Shown one piece after another: positions 56,180 through 64,000 of a stretch of 64,000 bases of DNA. Below the pieces are notes generated by a model. It ran no database searches. It saw only the letters and a list, made by a program, of their open reading frames with translations, and was not told where the DNA came from. This DNA comes from Octopus vulgaris (Eukaryota). The stretch spans positions 8,432,001 through 8,496,000 of the forward strand of contig OX597843.1 of NCBI GenBank assembly GCA_951406725.2, written 5' to 3'. The first letter of the stretch is position 1; the number at the start of each line of letters is the position of its first letter. Made by a program: the position numbers and the translations under genes.

Positions 56180-56612
56180 CCTGCAGATTCTTTAGCACAC
56201 CATATGAAATGTTTAGGGGTATTTCGTCCTTCAGCAGGCTCTGATCTCAAATTGAATCGAGGGCGGCTTTACCTTTCCTTCTTTCGGGGGGTTCGATAAA
56301 ACACGTACCAGTTGTGTACTAGTGTCGATGTATATATATATATATACTTTACACCTCCCCCGAATTTGCTGGTTTTGTACTAAAATTTGAAACCTTTGTA
56401 ATAATTACTAATAAAGCAGTAAAGCTAGGCAGAATAGTTTCCAGGCCGGACTACATTGTTAATGGGCAGTTCGACCGGCTTTAAGTTCTTTGTTAAAAGC
56501 AAAAATTCTGCCATGGTCGACTTTACCGTTTCTCCTTTCAGAAAGTCGATGGGCTCAGTACCAGTTGTGCACTGGGGTCAATACACTCCTCAGGCTTCTT
56601 CCCCAAACTTCC
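56180..56612 (+). mobile_element. Two degenerate SINE-B copies
   Basis: CTTTACCTTTCCTTCTTTCGGGGGGTTCGATAAAACACGTACCAG and GGTCGACTTTACC...GTACCAGTTGTGCACTGGGGTCAAT. Confidence 0.65.
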
Positions 56613-56676
56613 GGTCACGTATTTCGATACACACACACAAACGCACACACACTTATAACTATATAACATATATATA

Positions 56677-56737
<61 letters not shown>

Positions 56738-56788
56738 TCAGATAGTCACATATATATTCATGTTTTATGTTTATACACGCAATTCCAA

Positions 56789-56825
<37 letters not shown>

Positions 56826-56878
56826 CACACACAAACATAATTCAAACGCAGACCTATCTATATATATCTACATACATT

Positions 56879-56920
<42 letters not shown>

Positions 56921-57047
56921 TATGCATATGCATATATACATATATATAGATATATAGATGCATATGCATATACATATATATATTTATATATATATCAGAC
57001 ACACACACATGCACGCGTGCACACACACACACACATGTACCCAGGCA

Positions 57048-57092
<45 letters not shown>

Positions 57093-57424
57093 ACACATAG
57101 TGCAGAAGAGAGGATGAGGAAATATAGCAATTTCAATAATGTTCAGATTTTCGTTAAATAATGTCCATTATAATGAGAATTATAATTATTAATCTGCTCA
57201 TTATAACATGGACTGCCTGCTTAATCACGTGAGAGAGATTCACCAATAACTAGTCTCTTGTTGCGAGTGGCGTGTATATATGCGTGTATATATGCATTAA
57301 ACGCACACATAATACACATACAATTGTATATAAAAATAATGTAACGATATGTAGGCCTCTTTTTCTCTCTATATATATACATCTATATTTATACATATAC
57401 ATATACATACATATATATATACAT

Positions 57425-57499
<75 letters not shown>

Positions 57500-57663
57500 C
57501 ATATATATATATATATATGTATATATATAAATATATACGTGTGCAGGCACACACGCATACGTAAAGGTAAATATATAGACATATATGTTTGATTGTATAC
57601 ACGTATCAAATATAGACCATATACACTCGCATGAGATTATATATATAAATATATATATTTATA

Positions 57664-57741
<78 letters not shown>

Positions 57742-57824
57742 TCCAAACAAGAAAACACAACAAAGCGAGGACGTGGTACAAATAAAGTATTATTGGACGT
57801 TCAATGTGTGTGTGTGTATATATG

Positions 57825-57946
<122 letters not shown>

Positions 57947-58197
57947 TGTATGTATGTATGTATGTATGTTTGCATACATACAGAAGCACGTGTTTTTCTG
58001 CGTATTTATATATAGCTCATTTACTTGTTATAGTTTATCTGTGTGTATATATGTGAAATTATGTACATACATACATATATACATATATGCACATACATAT
58101 ACGTATACATACATATATATTTGAAATCACACACATCTGTTTTTCTATATCAAATGTTATATATATATGAGAATGTGTCTATTTTTGTCCGTGTACA

Positions 58198-58233
<36 letters not shown>

Positions 58234-58263
58234 GACATATATATATGTGTATTTGTGTATATG

Positions 58264-58354
<91 letters not shown>

Positions 58355-58548
58355 ATACGACCACCTTTCACGGTTCAAGGAAAATTTTTAGACACAAACA
58401 CACATATATACACGCATGCACAATTATACTGTAAATAAATTTCAAACTTATGCACGCGTATGCATATATATTATTTATACCCGCTTTTATGCATTTATTT
58501 GCTTTTATATAGTCACACGCATAGCTACGCACACGCTCACACACACAC

Positions 58549-58597
<49 letters not shown>

Positions 58598-58630
58598 GTA
58601 TGTATGTATGTATGTATGTATGTATGTATG

Positions 58631-58718
<88 letters not shown>

Positions 58719-58785
58719 TAAATTAACAATTGAGGATAAAATCTTTAAAAGAAATTATCAGTAGTCAGCGTGAAAAACCTTTATA

Positions 58786-58833
<48 letters not shown>

Positions 58834-58848
58834 TCCCACACACAAACA

Positions 58849-58907
<59 letters not shown>

Positions 58908-59114
58908 ACCCACTCACATACATATATTTCCACGTCTACACATTCCTGTGTATGTACATATATACATTCATTTCTTTGCTAGATGTATAAAATATATATA
59001 TATTTCATTTCGTATATAAAATTCTTAATACGCAAAGATATTTATATCTATGAGCTTTTTCCATTCAATAAAATTACATATCGGTGTGCGTGTGTGTGTG
59101 TGTTCTGATTGTGC

Positions 59115-59153
<39 letters not shown>

Positions 59154-59307
59154 GTGTGTGTATGTGTGTGTGTGTGTGTGTGCGTGCATTTTTGTCCGTT
59201 CTTCTGTGTTTGTATGTATGTATGCATACTTTGGCGTGTATCTGCCTCTGTATGTGTATGGCATATCCGCGAGTGTATAATCCATGGACCGTTTGGATTT
59301 GTGTGTT

Positions 59308-59362
<55 letters not shown>

Positions 59363-59507
59363 TCACACATACATATATATATATATATACATGCAAATAT
59401 ATATATATATACATTTACACATATACATATATATATAAGTATGTGAAAATTTAGATTCAGATGAAGTACGTATGTAGATAAGGTATACATGTATGGATGT
59501 GTGTATA

Positions 59508-59653
<146 letters not shown>

Positions 59654-60278
59654 TCTTTATGGCGGCGCTCCAGTATGACCATAATCGGTGTTTCAGACAA
59701 TTCAGTGAAGGAATACGCACAAACATATATATATTTCAGTATATAAATATATATACGTATATATTTGTATATATATATATATATATATACAAATATATTT
59801 GTATATGTATCTATATATGTGTATATGTATGTGTGTGTGTGAATTTGTATCTGCATATTAGATAGACAGACAGGTAGATAGGCACAGAGCATCGCGTTAT
59901 ATATGTATATATACACCAGTATGTATTTTTACACTAAAATCACGTCGGGTGTCTTGTTTACACCTTTCTGTTAAAGATATGTCATATTCTGTCATTAGCC
60001 TTGTATATTTTCATCCAGAACAATAATCCTCTATCTCCATCAACTTTTCCATAACTTGTGGGTCCGATCTTCCAAACGAAGGGACGGTTGTAGCGGTTTG
60101 TTACACCATTTTGCCTATATATATAATACAAAATGGGACAAGAAAGCAAAACATCCAAATAGACGATACAAAAAAACACGGACGGGTCATTCAAGGCCTT
60201 TAATCTTCAGTCAAGAACCGGATCATCCTCGCAATTTCGGCTATACATACATATACATATATATATGTATATATAAAT

Positions 60279-60352
<74 letters not shown>

Positions 60353-60721
60353 GTAGATATAGTTATATATATATAATATATATATATATATGTATATATA
60401 TTTATATGTGTATATATTTATATATATATATATATTTCAATAATATCTTTTCAATTGAAACGTGTCCCGAGTTTTTTTTCTTTTCAAAATGTTCCTAAGT
60501 AATTAGATACATAAGATAATATACGCTTAACGCGATGTATGTATATTGTCACAAAGTTCTCTGTACAATGCGGGTTGAGGCATAACGGAAGAATTAGAAA
60601 GGAATATTTTTTTGTCACTGTATCAAATTCTTTAAGGTATGGTACAGACGAGAATCGGTAAAATTCTTAAACCGCGAAGAGCAAACTAAAAAGCGAAAGA
60701 ACAGGAATATGGTTACACACA

Positions 60722-60776
<55 letters not shown>

Positions 60777-60904
60777 AAGGGAGAAAAGGGGAGAGAGAAA
60801 CAAATACATATTACAAAGGGATGGATAAATCATATGTATTTGATATATATATTTATATACATACAGACATATATACATATGTAAATGTATATATATAAAT
60901 ATAA

Positions 60905-60953
<49 letters not shown>

Positions 60954-61094
60954 TAGATAGATATATATAGATATATAGATATACATATGCATATATAGAT
61001 ACATATATATATATATAGATATATATAGATATACATATAGATATGCATATTGCGAGAGAGATAAATGATATGATTATATATATATATATATGAA

Positions 61095-61563
61095 AGTGGC
61101 TGTGTGGTACGAAGCTTGTTTCCCAACCACATTATTCCGGGTTCAGTCCCACTGCGTGGCACCTTGGGCAGATGTCTTCTACTATAGCTTCGGGCAGACC
61201 AAAGACTTTTGAGCGTATTTGGTAGACGGAAACTGAAAGAAGCCGGTCGTAAATATATATATATATATGTACATACAAATACACACACACACATACACAC
61301 AAACACACATATATATTTGTGTGTCTGTGTGGGTGTGTATGTGTGTGTGTATTTGTATATGTGTCTGTGTTTGTCCCCCCACCATCTTTGACAACCGATG
61401 TCGGTGTGTCGTTCCCGTAACTTAGCCGTTCCGCAAAGAACACCAATCGAATAAGAATTAGTTTTACGAAGAATAAGTCCAGGGGTCTTTTTTATTCGAC
61501 TAAAAGCGGTGCTCCAACATGGCCGCAGTTAAATGACTGAAACAAGTAAAAGAATAAAAGAAT
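61095..61563 (+). mobile_element. SINE-A, near full length
   Basis: AGTGGCTGTGTGG...GGTTCAGTCCC...internal (TA)/(CA)/(TG)...AAATGACTGAAACAAGTAAAAGAATAAAAG. Confidence 0.9.
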
Positions 61564-61647
61564 ATATATATATATATAAATAATAATACAATACAATATT
61601 GGTGCCATGTTGTACCATTTATCTACTTTAATATATCTATCTATCTA

Positions 61648-61705
<58 letters not shown>

Positions 61706-61742
61706 TATATATATACATATAAGAGAAAAATTATGCATTTAT

Positions 61743-61798
<56 letters not shown>

Positions 61799-62284
61799 CG
61801 ACTATCTATACTCACATACACACACACATATATATATGTGTGTGTATATATACGAAATTTGCCGTATACGACTACTTATTACATACGTGTATGTAAACAT
61901 TGACATAAACATATATACACATAAATATATATAAATGTTCCGTGTGTGTGTGTGTGCATGTGTGTGTGTGCTTGTGTCTGTGCGTGTGTGTGCGTGTGTG
62001 CGTGCGTGCACGTCTATATGCCCGTACGCACACACAAACAAAACGATTCACAAGCCGCACGCATCCAGTCTCCCTCAGCAGAGAAATCTGATTGGACGAA
62101 CAACAACTTGCGTGTGTGCTGCCGAGTCACTCGCAATTAGCCGCCGCAACGGGCAAGTCAGAAAGCCGTACAGCTCTGCACACACACACACGCATTTACA
62201 GAAGGAGTGCTCATTGTTTCCACACTGCACGGCTTATAAGGGGTCTAACGCCATGAACGTCCCTCAAGCCTTCTGTCCCGTCTA

Positions 62285-62342
<58 letters not shown>

Positions 62343-62437
62343 TATCTGAAATGATATGGTGCTTGATCTAACCATATTTGTTTTTTTTTATTTGTCTATT
62401 TAGGTACCTAATTGAGGTGTAAGTATATATATGTATG

Positions 62438-62491
<54 letters not shown>

Positions 62492-62538
62492 TATAGTAGA
62501 AATATGTTACAAAAAGAAAATATAAAATACACGTGGAA

Positions 62539-62574
<36 letters not shown>

Positions 62575-62627
62575 TGTATTTTGTACGCCACTTATCTTCG
62601 ACTTTTGTTTTTTTCGTAAACTCTCCC

Positions 62628-62685
<58 letters not shown>

Positions 62686-62743
62686 CATATATATATATAT
62701 ATATACATATATGTATATACATATATACATATATATTTATATA

Positions 62744-62776
<33 letters not shown>

Positions 62777-62938
62777 ATATACACAGGGAATTCTATATAT
62801 CAAGTGTAGAGAAAATATACTGGCGGCTAAGGACAATTATACAAGGGTTTAAGTTGTTGAAATTTGCTCACCGATCTGTTTATCAAAGAATATGCGCTTT
62901 TATCCTCCTCCCCAGCCATCGGTTTGTATAACTATTTA

Positions 62939-63054
<116 letters not shown>

Positions 63055-63471
63055 TACATAGAAATATACGTACATTCAAGCATACATCCAACGCCAAATA
63101 CATCTATATATACTCAAGTATATGCACAAACAGGAAGAAAATGCATACCAACACTCAACCGCGCATTCCTTAATTTGTTAGTCTCTCTCCCTGTCGCTCG
63201 TTAACGCCCGTATTTCATGATTCGAGCATTTAAAAACGCTAATCCGTCTTAATAATTTAATACCAGCACTTGAATTAAAATTAATTTTGACATGGAACCG
63301 TGGAATTTATCATCATGAACGTTCACATATTTTACACGGAAACATAAAACGTATACATATATGTATGCATGTGTGTGTGTTTGTGTTTGTGTGTGCGTGT
63401 GCTGTGTGTGCGTTACTGTGTGCATATGCGTGTGTGTGTATATACACACACACACATACACACACACACAC

Positions 63472-63502
<31 letters not shown>

Positions 63503-63810
63503 ATATATTATATATATATGTTATATATATACACATATATATATATATATAAGGCGTTATAGGTTTTTTTATTATGATAATATATTATTATTATTATAAT
63601 TATTATTATTATTATTATTATTATATTATTACTATCATTATTATCATAATTAGTTGGTCTTTTCTTATTTGGATTCCATTTGTTTGTATATTGTGTGTGT
63701 GTGTGTGTGAGAGAGAGATGGATAGAGAGAATGGATGACAAAGAACTAATGTATTATCCTATGCACTCCCCCAGCTTACAGATGTTTCGACTGCTTTAAG
63801 TGGTGTAACT

Positions 63811-63855
<45 letters not shown>

Positions 63856-64000
63856 TAGACACAAACGTATACACACACACATTCACACACACACACACAC
63901 ACACACACTCTACGCATGCACAGAAATATGAATTTCTGTGTGAAAATTGTCAAAGTGCTCGATAAATTTTTATGAATAATATCGAATAAGCGTACATCTT

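Noticed and set aside
60125-60245. Minus-strand GAAA...CTGAAGA as a hammerhead
   Set aside because: The motifs lack the required paired stems; possibly a repeat fragment but not supportable.

Overview
AT-rich, microsatellite-saturated eukaryotic non-coding DNA, either intergenic or a very large intron. The repeat families (several tRNA-derived SINEs, RTE and Tx1/L1 LINE debris) and the dense (AT)n/(ATT)n/(GT)n/(GATA)n tracts look like an octopus or other coleoid cephalopod genome; this is inference from remembered repeat sequences, not a database hit. No intact host protein-coding gene, rRNA, true tRNA or CRISPR array is supportable, and nearly all listed ORFs are microsatellite translations. 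Real content: four SINE families (my labels A-D, about 30 copies or fragments), a triplicated RTE reverse-transcriptase fragment, Tx1-type LINE fragments, a non-autonomous Helitron, a hAT-like and an unclassified MITE, a ~180-bp satellite, minisatellites and a local duplication. The most notable signal is a set of long fold-back insertions. One is a spacer-less perfect 154-bp palindrome (41092-41245) carrying a minimal type I hammerhead-ribozyme core on both strands, and partial hammerhead motifs occur at three to four other sites, consistent with Penelope-like retroelements. A multimeric SINE inserted as one unit with a 16-bp target-site duplication is also present.
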